NCBI GenBank assembly: GCA_903829855.1
Contig: CAIKRN010000255.1
Coordinates: 1 to 39,299, forward strand
DNA: 39,299 nt
DNA from: an uncultured Opitutia bacterium
Lineage (GTDB): Bacteria > Verrucomicrobiota > Verrucomicrobiia > Opitutales > UBA953
Direction of reading: 5' to 3'
Position 1 is the stretch's first letter, and every line of letters begins with the position of its first letter. The translations under genes and the position numbers were made by a program. A model generated the notes under the pieces. It saw nothing but the letters and a program-made list of their open reading frames with translations, had not been told where the DNA came from and did not search any database. Positions 1 through 9,300 of the stretch are shown here, piece by piece.

Positions 1-390
1 AAAATCCGCCTGGTGGTGACATCCGGGACGGCTGAACACGCATACATGATGGCCTATCAACTCCGGCAGGCCGGGGTAACTTGTCCGATTGTGGAAGATC
101 CCTACGGATGGCGCACCTTGGATTCAGTTCTGCGGGCGAAGGCTTATTATCCGCACGACCACATCGTTTTCGTTTCGCAAGGGTGGCACTGTGTCCGCGC
201 CATCTGGCTTGCTGATTTTGAAGGCCTGAGCGCTTCGGGTTATGCCGCCAGCTTCGGTCGTGGCTGGCGGCCCTATCAGGCATGGGTGCGTGATTGCTTC
301 GCCAAACCTAAAGCGGTGCTTGATCGACTGAATGGCAACCCGTTGCAGGCTGCTATGCCGGTCGACGAGGGTAATCATCCGCATCGTTGA
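1..390 (+). CDS. SanA/YdcF (DUF218) family protein, C-terminal part; 5' end lies outside the window
   Basis: Frame 1 is open from nt 1 (KIRLVVTSGTAEHAY...), so the track start at 13 (GTG) is probably internal. The segment GWRTLDSVLRAKAYYPHDHIVFVSQGWHCVRAIWLA parallels the conserved SanA core (GFRTLDSIVRTRKVF..IIITQRFHCERALFIA) as I recall it. Stop TGA at 388-390. Confidence 0.6.
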   Translation, partial: KIRLVVTSGTAEHAYMMAYQLRQAGVTCPIVEDPYGWRTLDSVLRAKAYYPHDHIVFVSQGWHCVRAIWLADFEGLSASGYAASFGRGWRPYQAWVRDCFAKPKAVLDRLNGNPLQAAMPVDEGNHPHR

Positions 391-1530
391 TTAAGCGCGC
401 TCGTGCCGTCCGTCGGGCCGGCGGGTGAGCACGCTCCGAATTTCCATGAGGGTGAGGGCGACAGCGGCTTCAGCCACCTCGCAGTTAGCAAGGAGCGAGA
501 GGCTCTCGGCATCGTGGGCCGCCCCGCCGGCGAAGTGAGGAAGCCAGCGGGCGAATTCAGGTGGATCACTCACGAGTGCGAGGGCCGGGCTGCCGCGGCT
601 TTCGCCCAGCTCAATCAGGATGTCATCGACGGAACTGACCAGCGTAGCGCCGTCGCGGATAAGGGCATGACATCCTCGGCTGGCAGGGCTGTCGACGCGT
701 CCAGGGAAAGCGCAGATGGTCTTGCCGAGATCTCCAGCGAAACGTGCCGTAATCATACTGCCGCCATCGATATCGGTCTCGATGACGATGAGTGCGCGGA
801 CGAGGCCGGCGACGATGCGATTGCGCTGAGGAAAGCTTTGGCGATCAGCGGGGCGGCCCAAAGGGAATTCGGAGAAGAGCCCGCCGCGTTCGGCCATGCG
901 GTGGCGAAGCTTCACCGCTTCCGGCGGGAAAGTTAGGTCGAGTCCATGCCCGAGCACCGCCGCTGTCCGCCCTTCGGCATCCAGCGCCCCTTCATGTGCC
1001 GCGATGTCGATACCCCGAGCGAGTCCGCTGATGATCCACCAGCCTTCCCGGGCGAGGTCGCGAGAGATGCTACGAGCGAGTGATGTCCCGTAGGTCGTGC
1101 AATGCCGCGAACCGATGATGCCCACGGAACGTTCATTAGGCGTATCTATTCCTTGGGCGTAGAGAAGTAGGGGAGGGTCCCATAGCCGAGTCAGCGGTTC
1201 GGGCCACGCTCCGTCGCCCTCCGTAAGGAGTCGGTAGCCCAAGTCCTGAGCGCGGCGCATTTCTGTCACCCAGTCAAACGCGCGCGCCGCGATAGCCTCG
1301 GCCGCTGGCCGACTGACTCCCGTGACTTTCGCGAGTTGGTCCGCGGGCGCACCTAAGGCCGTACTTAAGTCGCCACCGAAAGCTTCCAGCAACCGCCGGA
1401 CGGTGACAGGCCCGACGTTCTTGATGCCATTCAGGTAGACGCGCTGGGCGAGCGCTTCGGTCGGGATAGGAAACACCCGGTCAGCCAGTGCGACCGAGTC
1501 AGGCGTGCAAGACCGGGGACAGCCCAGCAA
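391..1530 (-). CDS. dprA: DNA-processing protein DprA (Smf)
   Basis: DprA Rossmann-like core: GIIGSRHCTTYG, ISGLARGIDIAAHEGAL, VLGHGLD, NRIVAGL, VIETDIDGGSMITA. N-terminal HhH-like LNGIKNVGPVTVRRLL. The track start at 1530 is TTG and overlaps nnr by 32 nt. An in-frame GTG at 1476 is an alternative start. Confidence 0.9.
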   Translation of the reverse strand: MLGCPRSCTPDSVALADRVFPIPTEALAQRVYLNGIKNVGPVTVRRLLEAFGGDLSTALGAPADQLAKVTGVSRPAAEAIAARAFDWVTEMRRAQDLGYRLLTEGDGAWPEPLTRLWDPPLLLYAQGIDTPNERSVGIIGSRHCTTYGTSLARSISRDLAREGWWIISGLARGIDIAAHEGALDAEGRTAAVLGHGLDLTFPPEAVKLRHRMAERGGLFSEFPLGRPADRQSFPQRNRIVAGLVRALIVIETDIDGGSMITARFAGDLGKTICAFPGRVDSPASRGCHALIRDGATLVSSVDDILIELGESRGSPALALVSDPPEFARWLPHFAGGAAHDAESLSLLANCEVAEAAVALTLMEIRSVLTRRPDGRHERA

Positions 1531-2992
1531 GAAGCTCGGTGGTTCTCACCGCTTCTTCCCCGTGGGTTTCCCTCAGCCAATCGGCGGCGCGGGCATGCCA
1601 GGTCGTCGCCAGCACGACCGCATCAAAGGCCGTGAGGCCAAGTTCCCGCCGCCGCGCGAGCACCGCGGCGATGATGCCCGCGAGCAGGTCGCCGGAGCCG
1701 CCCCGCGCGAGAATCGGACCGCCGAAAGGAATGTGTAGAGTGCGTCTGCCATCTGTCACGCAGGTCAGTGGGCCTTTCAGCACCATGATCGTCTTGGTCT
1801 TGAGGGCGTAGGTACGGCCCGCCGCGACGGACATGGTCCGTCCGCTCAGGCGTTTAAATTCCCCAGCGTGAGGAAGCAGCACCCGCACGCATATTTGCTT
1901 CGAAGCGCTGATGACAGGAGGCCGGAGCGCATCGGCGTCGAGGATGAGTTCGCTTTCACACGCAGCGGCGACCATGCCGATGAGCTTAGCGGCTTGCACT
2001 CCCATTCCTGAGCCAAGGAGGAGGGCGTCCTTGCCGGCGAGTAATTTGCGGATGGAGGTAAGATTATTTGTCGCGGCGCTGCCGTCACGATGAGTCGTGA
2101 GTCCGCACCACATCGCCTCAGGGAAGGCGACCGCTGCTTTCGCACGGACAGAGTTCGGCAGGCAGGTCGTGACCAGCGCAGCACCGGAGCGGAGCGCGGC
2201 CTCGGTGTTCATGAGCACCGCCCCGGGCATGCGGTCGGAGCCGCCGATAATGAGCAGGCGGCCTTGATGGCGCTTATCTGCCCCCGCCCGGCGAGGACGA
2301 CGTAAAAGGGCGAGGCTGGCGGCCGTGACGCAGGCTTCTTCGGTTTCGCCGAGCGGCAGGCCGATGTCGATCACGCGGAGGCGACCGACGAAGGGGCGAG
2401 CTTTGGCGGAGAGGAGGGGTCGTTTCAGGCAACCGATAGATACGGTGAGATCAGCGCGAAAGGCCGGCCCGTGGGCGTCATCTCCGATCCCGCTAGGGAG
2501 ATCGACGGCGATGCGGAGCCCCTGGAGATTATCCGAAACCTTCAGGAATCTGCGGAGCTCCACTGAAAGTGGCGCACGAAAGCCTTGCCCGATAATACCG
2601 TCAAAAATTAGGCAGAACTCTTCGGCCTGAAGCTGACGCAGATTGGCGGCGGCCACGATGCCGATACGGACGCCTTTTTTGCGAGTGGCCCACGCGCGTT
2701 GCGCTTGCGGACGAGCTGGGCCGCCTTCGGCGAAGACAGCAATGATCTGAGTCCCGGCCGAGGCGCAGTGAAGGGCGGCGAGAAAGGCATCCGCACCATT
2801 ATTACCTTTGCCGGCCAGCACGAGGATGCGGCGAGGTGGGCGGCCCAGTAGGGAGCGGGCTTCGTGCGCGATACCGCGGGACGCTCGCTGCATGAGGCTC
2901 CAAGCAAGAGCTCCATCACCGTCGATGAAGGCTGCTTCCGCCGTCGCAGCTTCTGCGCAGGACAGGACCGGCAAGCGGCTGGCTTCACCCAT
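1499..2992 (-). CDS. nnr: Bifunctional NAD(P)H-hydrate repair enzyme (YjeF_N epimerase + ADP-dependent dehydratase)
   Basis: N-terminal YjeF_N motif ILVLAGKGNNGADAF. C-terminal carbohydrate-kinase-like LLIIGGSDRMPGAVLMNTEAALRSGAALVT and GGSGDLLAGIIAA. The track ORF extends to 3262 but that part overlaps acpS. ATG at 2990-2992 (MGEASRLPV...) sits 5 nt after the acpS stop. Confidence 0.85.
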   Translation of the reverse strand: MGEASRLPVLSCAEAATAEAAFIDGDGALAWSLMQRASRGIAHEARSLLGRPPRRILVLAGKGNNGADAFLAALHCASAGTQIIAVFAEGGPARPQAQRAWATRKKGVRIGIVAAANLRQLQAEEFCLIFDGIIGQGFRAPLSVELRRFLKVSDNLQGLRIAVDLPSGIGDDAHGPAFRADLTVSIGCLKRPLLSAKARPFVGRLRVIDIGLPLGETEEACVTAASLALLRRPRRAGADKRHQGRLLIIGGSDRMPGAVLMNTEAALRSGAALVTTCLPNSVRAKAAVAFPEAMWCGLTTHRDGSAATNNLTSIRKLLAGKDALLLGSGMGVQAAKLIGMVAAACESELILDADALRPPVISASKQICVRVLLPHAGEFKRLSGRTMSVAAGRTYALKTKTIMVLKGPLTCVTDGRRTLHIPFGGPILARGGSGDLLAGIIAAVLARRRELGLTAFDAVVLATTWHARAADWLRETHGEEAVRTTELLAGLSPVLHA

Positions 2993-2997
2993 GGCGT

Positions 2998-3393
2998 TCA
3001 GCACACCAGCACCACAAAGGCTTGGGCCAGCGTGTCTGTATGGGTTAGGGAGATAAGTAGGCGAGTCGCGCCGCGAGCCGCGAGCAACGCTTTCGCTTTG
3101 TCGTCGAGTTCGACAATGGGTTCGCCGCCTTCGCCATTGAGCACCCCCACACTTGTCAGTGAGAATTCCGCCCCTATGCCGGTGCCAAAAGCTTTGCTCG
3201 CGGCTTCCTTGGCGGCGAAGCGTGCGGCCAAGGACGGATAGGGGTCTGCCTTGGTGAGACAAAGTTTCTGCTCGGCCGGCGTGAAGACTTTTTCCAGGAA
3301 AGCGGCGCCGTGTTTCTCGTGGGCGGAACGGATACGGGCGACCTCCGTGAGATCCACGCCGACGCCGAGTACATTGCCGCCTTCTAACTTCAT
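2998..3393 (-). CDS. acpS: Holo-[acyl-carrier-protein] synthase
   Basis: 131 aa. GVGVDLTEV start, ARFAAKEAASKAFGTG motif, C-terminal ISLTHTDTLAQAFVVL, typical of AcpS. Start overlaps the pdxJ stop by 4 nt (ATGA). Confidence 0.9.
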   Translation of the reverse strand: MKLEGGNVLGVGVDLTEVARIRSAHEKHGAAFLEKVFTPAEQKLCLTKADPYPSLAARFAAKEAASKAFGTGIGAEFSLTSVGVLNGEGGEPIVELDDKAKALLAARGATRLLISLTHTDTLAQAFVVLVC

Positions 3394-4145
3394 GCCGTCT
3401 TGGTCAGGTGGGATTTCATCTCGGCGACCGCGCTGCGGATGCCGTTGAAGAGCGCGCGCGAGACGATGGAGTGACCGATGTTGAGTTCGTGGAGATGCGG
3501 AAGGGTTAGAATGGCCCCAATGTTATCATAATTGATACCGTGGCCCGCGTTGACCACGAGGCCAAGTTCGTGAGCCAAGGTGCAGCCCGCACTGAGCCGC
3601 GCGAGTTCGGCCGCCGCGGCCTCGGTTTTCCAAGCATTGGCGAAGGCTCCGGTGTGCAACTCGATAACTGGAGCTCCCGCGCGAGCCGCCGCACGAATGT
3701 GGGATTCGTCCGGGCCGATGAAAAGCGAGACCTCGATGCCCGCCGCCGTGAGCTCGCGGGTGGTTTGAGTGACGCGCTCGAGTTGACCGGCGACATCGAG
3801 GCCGCCTTCCGTGGTCACCTCTTCGCGTGATTCAGGGACCAGGCACGCCGCCGCCGGGCGGAGTTGGCGCGCAAAGTCCACCATCGCAGAAGTGCAGGCC
3901 ATCTCAAGGTTAAGGCGGACGCCCGCCAGTTGGGCGATGGCGTGGACATCGCCGTCTTGGATGTGGCGGCGATCTTCGCGGAGGTGCACCGTGATGCCGT
4001 CGGCGCCGCCCGCGAGGGCCTCACGGGTGAAGGCGACGAGGTCGGGCTCCGCATGAGGAGACGCGTGCATGCCGCGATAGCGCGCCTGCCGCAAGGTCGC
4101 GGCATGGTCGATGTTCACTCCCAGAAGGATACGCGGTTGGCTCAT
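3390..4145 (-). CDS. pdxJ: Pyridoxine 5'-phosphate synthase
   Basis: LGVNIDHAATLRQAR, ITVHLREDRRHIQD, LNLEMA, VTTEGGLDV, IELHTGAFA, NAGHGINY, ELNIGHSIVSRA are PdxJ hallmarks. Start chosen at ATG 4143-4145 (MSQPRILLGVN), which forms an ATGA overlap with the upstream gene's stop. The track start at 4223 would overlap that gene by 82 nt. Confidence 0.92.
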   Translation of the reverse strand: MSQPRILLGVNIDHAATLRQARYRGMHASPHAEPDLVAFTREALAGGADGITVHLREDRRHIQDGDVHAIAQLAGVRLNLEMACTSAMVDFARQLRPAAACLVPESREEVTTEGGLDVAGQLERVTQTTRELTAAGIEVSLFIGPDESHIRAAARAGAPVIELHTGAFANAWKTEAAAAELARLSAGCTLAHELGLVVNAGHGINYDNIGAILTLPHLHELNIGHSIVSRALFNGIRSAVAEMKSHLTKTA

Positions 4146-6283
4146 TTCTTCATTTTCTCCAGAACCTTCTGGAGCTTTTCGGACTCCAACGCCAGCCGTT
4201 TGGCACGGGTCGGGTCGCCACACTTGTCGAAGTATCCCTGAATGAGGTCAAGCAACCCAATCAGCGCTTTTAGGCGGAAGACGTCAGCCGGCGCACCGCC
4301 GCCCATGCGGCGGCGGTAGACTCGTTCAATCTCGGAGAGAAACGGTGTCTCCAACTTAGGGTCCCCTTTAACGGCTTCGTAGTATCCCTCGAGCAGGCTA
4401 CGGAAAGTGGGCAGGTGGTCGGCATTATCTTCAAGTGCCCGGCGGTGGAGGTTGCTGAGTTTCTCGGCGTTCTTGATGCGGTCCTTCATGAGGACAGCCG
4501 ATTCGCGTGCGACGGCTTTCTGGATGATATCGTAGCGGGTGCGATCGTAGCCTCCCTGGTGCTTCTTTTCGGACATGAGCTTTTCGTAAGCGCGCTTACA
4601 GCTCAGGAAGATATCGTCCTCTGCCATTGTCGGGAAGAGGTGCTTTTCCTCCATCTCGTCGGCGAGGTCGCGCATGTCCGGCCATTCGTCAAAGGCGCGG
4701 CGCATCTCAGTGACGAAACCTTTCCACTCCTCAGTCTTCACGCTCGGCCCGATTTTCTCAAGGCAGGCGGCGTAAGATCGCCAGGCTTCTAGGCAGCGAT
4801 TGGCGGCGGTCACGGCGAGGCGTAGGCTTTCTCTCTGGGCGTCGAGGTTGCCGGCGGCGGCGTAAATCTGGGCCGCGAGCTGGAGTCGCTGGCATTTGAC
4901 AAAGCGTTCCCCGCGACGCTGAGCATCGCCGAGAATCTGCACTTCGAACTCGCCGACAGTTTGTCGAGTCTGCGGGTCGGTGGTGTGCCCGCAGGCGTAC
5001 CCGTCGTTATATCGCCCCGTGTTCATACTCCATGCGTGATCCTTGCGGAGATAGGCGAACCAGGCGTGGCCGCCGCGATTGCCGTCACCCGTGACATAGG
5101 CGGCAGGTATGCCGAAAGCCCGCGCCGTATTCGCCGCAAAGTGAGCCTGGTGCATGCAGATACCGCCAATATCAAAAATCTCCTTCAGCGTCCCCTCGGT
5201 GGGGGCGGGTAGTTTGGTCTTCTCGTGCGTGACGTAATCCATCCGGTAATGAATCATCCCATAGCTCGGGGCCCATTCGCCGAGTGAGCGGAGTTTAGGC
5301 TGAGACAAAGCCCAGGTCATTTCTTCTTCCGTAGCCGTCGCACCGACAACCCAAATCAGGTCAGCGGCGGAGGTCTTACGTACGTCGTTCGAAAGTCGCC
5401 CCGACTCTGTGTTGGTTTTGAAGTAGCGATAGCGCGTGAGGGCATCGGCCGTGCAGGCGGCGCCGCCGTCGAAGCGCGTCCAGCTCAGCGGCTGGTCAAA
5501 GACGAGGGCACAGGCGATTTGGAGATTTTCATATTTACCGCGCTGGGCAACCGTGTCATCCGCCGCGAGGAGAGACCAGATGCGCAAGGCCTCGGCAGTA
5601 TCATCCTCGGGTTTCAAGGTAAGGGCGAATTTTTCGAGTAGCTCGGGCCGCGTGAGGAGGTCGGAGAGGAGTGAGAGGAGTTTCTCTCCGCCTTGGGCAG
5701 CGGTGCGTAGGGCGTCGGGCGTCACGCGGCGGATGAAGAGCGATTGGGTCATGCCGAGCGCGAAGGCGCGGCTTTCCCAGAGTCGGTTATAGCGATCGAC
5801 GCCACCGGTCGACGCCGTGCCGGTGAGTGCGGGGAGCAGTCCTTTCTCGAGTCGCACGAGGTGGTCCTCCCATTTACCGTCCTTCAATCGCGCCCGAGAA
5901 TCCTCAATCAGCGCCGCCAGGAACTTTGGGTCGATGAGGGCGGTATCTTCAAATCGGTAGGGCTTCAGTTCGACGACGATGGTCTTGTCGGGCGCGACGA
6001 CGACGGGCTCGACCATCTTGACGGTCTCCGCGGGCTTGACGACTTTCTCGACGATGGGTTCCGGTTTCTTTTCTGGTTCGGTTACCTTGGGCACCTCCAC
6101 GACCTTTGGCACTTCTTTGACGACGACGACGGGCGCATCTGGTTTCTGGTTAGCGGACCAGATGAACCACCCGGCGACGGCGAGCAGGGCGCCGCCTAGG
6201 AGCACGACGGGCCAATTGGTTTGATTGGTGCGGCGAGCGAGGACGGGGGCGGGTTTGCGTGGGGGAATTGAAGGAGAAGCCAT
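4142..6283 (-). CDS. Membrane-anchored transglutaminase-like (Cys-His-Asp) protein with a P/E/V/K-rich linker and helical C-terminal region
   Basis: 713 aa. Basic N-terminus then one TM helix (WPVVLLGGALLAVAGWFIW, aa 24-42). PEVK-like stretch aa 50-98. Core GGIC(376)MHQAHFAANTARAFGIPAAYVTGDGNRGGH(406)AWFAYL...RYND(427)G matches the transglutaminase-like cysteine protease pattern. The rest is predicted helical. Function is inferred only. Confidence 0.7.
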   Translation of the reverse strand: MASPSIPPRKPAPVLARRTNQTNWPVVLLGGALLAVAGWFIWSANQKPDAPVVVVKEVPKVVEVPKVTEPEKKPEPIVEKVVKPAETVKMVEPVVVAPDKTIVVELKPYRFEDTALIDPKFLAALIEDSRARLKDGKWEDHLVRLEKGLLPALTGTASTGGVDRYNRLWESRAFALGMTQSLFIRRVTPDALRTAAQGGEKLLSLLSDLLTRPELLEKFALTLKPEDDTAEALRIWSLLAADDTVAQRGKYENLQIACALVFDQPLSWTRFDGGAACTADALTRYRYFKTNTESGRLSNDVRKTSAADLIWVVGATATEEEMTWALSQPKLRSLGEWAPSYGMIHYRMDYVTHEKTKLPAPTEGTLKEIFDIGGICMHQAHFAANTARAFGIPAAYVTGDGNRGGHAWFAYLRKDHAWSMNTGRYNDGYACGHTTDPQTRQTVGEFEVQILGDAQRRGERFVKCQRLQLAAQIYAAAGNLDAQRESLRLAVTAANRCLEAWRSYAACLEKIGPSVKTEEWKGFVTEMRRAFDEWPDMRDLADEMEEKHLFPTMAEDDIFLSCKRAYEKLMSEKKHQGGYDRTRYDIIQKAVARESAVLMKDRIKNAEKLSNLHRRALEDNADHLPTFRSLLEGYYEAVKGDPKLETPFLSEIERVYRRRMGGGAPADVFRLKALIGLLDLIQGYFDKCGDPTRAKRLALESEKLQKVLEKMKK

Positions 6284-6359
6284 GGTCGACGCCCCGATAA
6301 TGGCCTCCCTGGCGTGATGGTCAAAAGAACATCACTACAGAGAGGCGATTTACCGATTT

Positions 6360-9300
6360 TCAGCTTTGTACCACTTGCTTCCCGCGTTCTAACGTCAGGC
6401 ACAAGGAGGGTGCGGTCGGGGATTTCCGGTGGGCCGCGAGGGATTCAGGGTCACCCGCATGGACCAACTGCCCGCCGGCATTGCCGCCTTCGGGTCCGAT
6501 TTCCACCACCCAGTCGGCTTCGGCAATCACGTCCGGGTGGTGCTCGATGACGATCACGGTGTGCCCTTGATCAATGAGTGCATGCACGAGCTCAATGAGG
6601 CGACGACAGTCCGCTTGATGTAGCCCGATGGTCGGCTCTTCGAGGATGTAAAGGTTCGGGCGAATCTCTCCACGGGAACGTTCGCGGAAGGTCGGTAATC
6701 CTTGGGCTAGCTCGCTGACAAGCTTGAGGCGCTGAGCCTCGCCCCCAGAGAGGGTCGGGCTGCTTTGACCCAAAGTGAGGTATCCCAGTCCAGTCTTCAC
6801 CATCAGTTTGCATAAATCTCCCAGCTTCGCGTCAAACGAAAGAAACGCCGCTGCTTCCTCGAACGTCATCGCCAGTAGGTCGGCGGCGGACTTGCCGTTC
6901 CATTGAATGGCTTTGGCCGCGATACCGTAACGCGTGCCCGCGCATTCTTCACACGGCACATAGGTGTCGGGCAGGAAGCTCATCTCGAGTTTAATCCGGC
7001 CAGCGCCGGAACAGCTCTCGCAGCGGCCGCCGGAAGTGTTGAAAGAGAAGAAGCCGGCCGTGTGGCCGCGGATGGCCGCTTCGGGCAACGAAGCCAGCCG
7101 TTCGCGAATGAGATCCCAGGCGCCGATGTAGGTTGCGGGCGTGGAGCGCGGGGTCTTGCCGATCGGCTCTTGGTCCACGACGACCAATTGGCGGAAGCCT
7201 TTTAATCCGGAGAGGGAGGTGAATGCGGGCTTCCCTGCGTGTGAGACCGCCAGCAGCGCCTCCTTGCCGGTCATGCCATCTTTCTTTTTAGCGATGGTCG
7301 CGCGGATGGCGGGTGCCAGTAAGTCTGTCACGAGGGTGCTCTTGCCGGCACCGGAGACGCCGCAGACAACGGAGAGCCGACCGACAGGGAACTGCACGTC
7401 GAAACCTTTGAGGTTACGGAGTGCGGCGTGCTTGAGTTTAATCCATTCGGAGGGTGCACCTTTACCGGCGACAGGTCGGCGCACGCCCCGAAGCGGATGT
7501 GGAATCGCTTCCCGCAGGAAGCGTCCAGTGATGGAGTTGGCACGCTTTTCGAGCGCCGCCGCCGTGCCTTGCGCGACAATTTCACCGCCGTGTACGCCCG
7601 CACCAGGTCCCATGTCGACGACGAGGTCGGCCGCCCGCATGGTGTCTTCGTCGTGTTCGACGACGAGCACGGTATTGCCGCGATCGCGGAGTCCGCGAAG
7701 TGACTCGATGAGTCGGTCGTTGTCGCGCGGATGCAGTCCGATGCTCGGTTCATCGAGCACGTAGAGCGCGCCGGAGAGGGTGGAGCCTAGTTGGGCGGCG
7801 AGGCGGATGCGTTGGGCTTCGCCGCCAGAGAGGGTGTCGGCGCCGCGATCGAGGGCCAGATAACCGAGGCCGACGGAGTCGAGAAAGCGTAAGCGCGCAC
7901 CAATTTCAGGTAACAACGCCCCGACAATGGCTTTTTCGCGGGCTTCGAGTTTCAGGCTGCTAAGAAATTCTAGTGATTCATCCGGTTGCAGGCGAAGCAG
8001 TCCAGGCAATGAGAGCGAGCGTCCCTTGGGGCCGGCGAGTTTAACAGAACGGCCGATGGGCCCGAGGCGTTCGCCATGGCAGGTGGGGCAGATTTTCTCA
8101 CCGACCCGGTCGGCGATGGCATTCTCATTCAACGACTCTTCTTCATCGGCGGAGAAGGTGGTGACTTCCAGTCCATGGCCGCGGCAATCCGGGCACCAGC
8201 CGCGGGGCGAGTTCCAGGAGAGATGCTTCGGGTCGACTTCAGGGAAGGATTCGCCGGTAGCAGGGTCGCTTCGGGCCGTCGAGAAGTAGCCTAGCTGGTG
8301 ACCCTGCGGATCAAGGAGCACGCAGGCGTTTTTCCCGGAGGCCAGTGCTTGGCGGACCAAGCTACGCAGGGCTTTCTCGCCAGATTCCTCGGTCTCATCG
8401 GGGAGAAGGATTAAACCGTCAGGCCGGATTTCGCCAAAGATGGCGTCGACGTCGTGCTCGGAGTAGCGATCGAGTCCGTCGAAGCCATCGACCTTGAGCA
8501 TCTTGCCGTCGCAACGTAGGAGGCGAAGTCCTTTCGTTTCCGCCCATTCAGCGAGGGGGCGGTGGTGCCCCTTGCGGGCGCGGACCAGGGGTGCGGCCAC
8601 GAGCAGGGAGCCTTTCTTGAGCGCCTTAGCTTTTTTGGCTACCAGACGAACGACCGCGTCCTCCGTCATTTCTTCGAGGGGCTCGCCGGTTGTCGGGCTA
8701 TGGAGCACGCCCGCCCGCGCAAAGAGCACGCGGAGGTATTGCGCGACCTCGGTGACCGTGGCCACCGTCGACTTAGCGGAGCCGCGCGTCACACGTTGTT
8801 CAATCGCGACCGTGGGCGGGAGGCCGGTGAGTGAGTCGATGTCGGGCTTGGGGAGTTGTTCGACAAATTGTCGCGCGTAAGCGGAGACGCATTCGAGGAA
8901 GCGCCGCTGACCTTCCGCAAACAAGATATCGAAAGCCAGGGATGATTTTCCGGAGCCGGAGACACCCGTCATTACGGTGAGCGAGCCGTGCGGAATTTCG
9001 AGGGAGACATCTTTGAGGTTATGCTCGCGGGCGCCGCGCAGGGAGATAGAGGTCGGGCGTGGTCGGCTCTTCCGTGTTTCGGCATCGGCGAAGGCTTCGT
9101 CACCTTTGGCGAGGAATTCGCCGGTCACCGTGCCCGCGAGGGCGACTTGTGCGGGTGTGCCTTGTGCGACCAAGTGGCCGCCGCCGGGCCCGGCTTCGGG
9201 CCCCATTTCCATGATCCAATCGCAGGCTTTTAGCACATCGAGCTGGTGCTCGACGACGATCAGTGAGTGGCCGGCCTCGGTGAGACGGTGGAGTAAACCG

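Noticed and set aside
403-936. 177-aa + strand ORF, and other 60-130-aa ORFs scattered inside dprA, nnr, pdxJ, the UvrA-like gene, ctaA and the TPR gene.
   Set aside because: These are shadow ORFs inside confidently assigned genes, with no independent coding signal.
2993-3262. N-terminal extensions of track ORFs that overlap the preceding gene: nnr to 3262, pdxJ to 4223, the cyclo-ligase to 12641, rpsL from 16856, rplF from 27667, rpsM from 32154, rpoA from 33519, guaA from 35654.
   Set aside because: The extended parts have no similarity to the respective families and are Arg/Pro/Ser-rich. Internal ATGs line up with the conserved family N-termini and give compact, non-overlapping or ATGA-type junctions.
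6314-6338. Inverted repeat GTGATG-N11-CATCAC in the 76-nt gap between the UvrA-like gene and the transglutaminase-like gene.
   Set aside because: It has only a 6-bp stem and no U-tract on the transcribed (minus) strand. It is too weak to call as a terminator or operator without comparative data.
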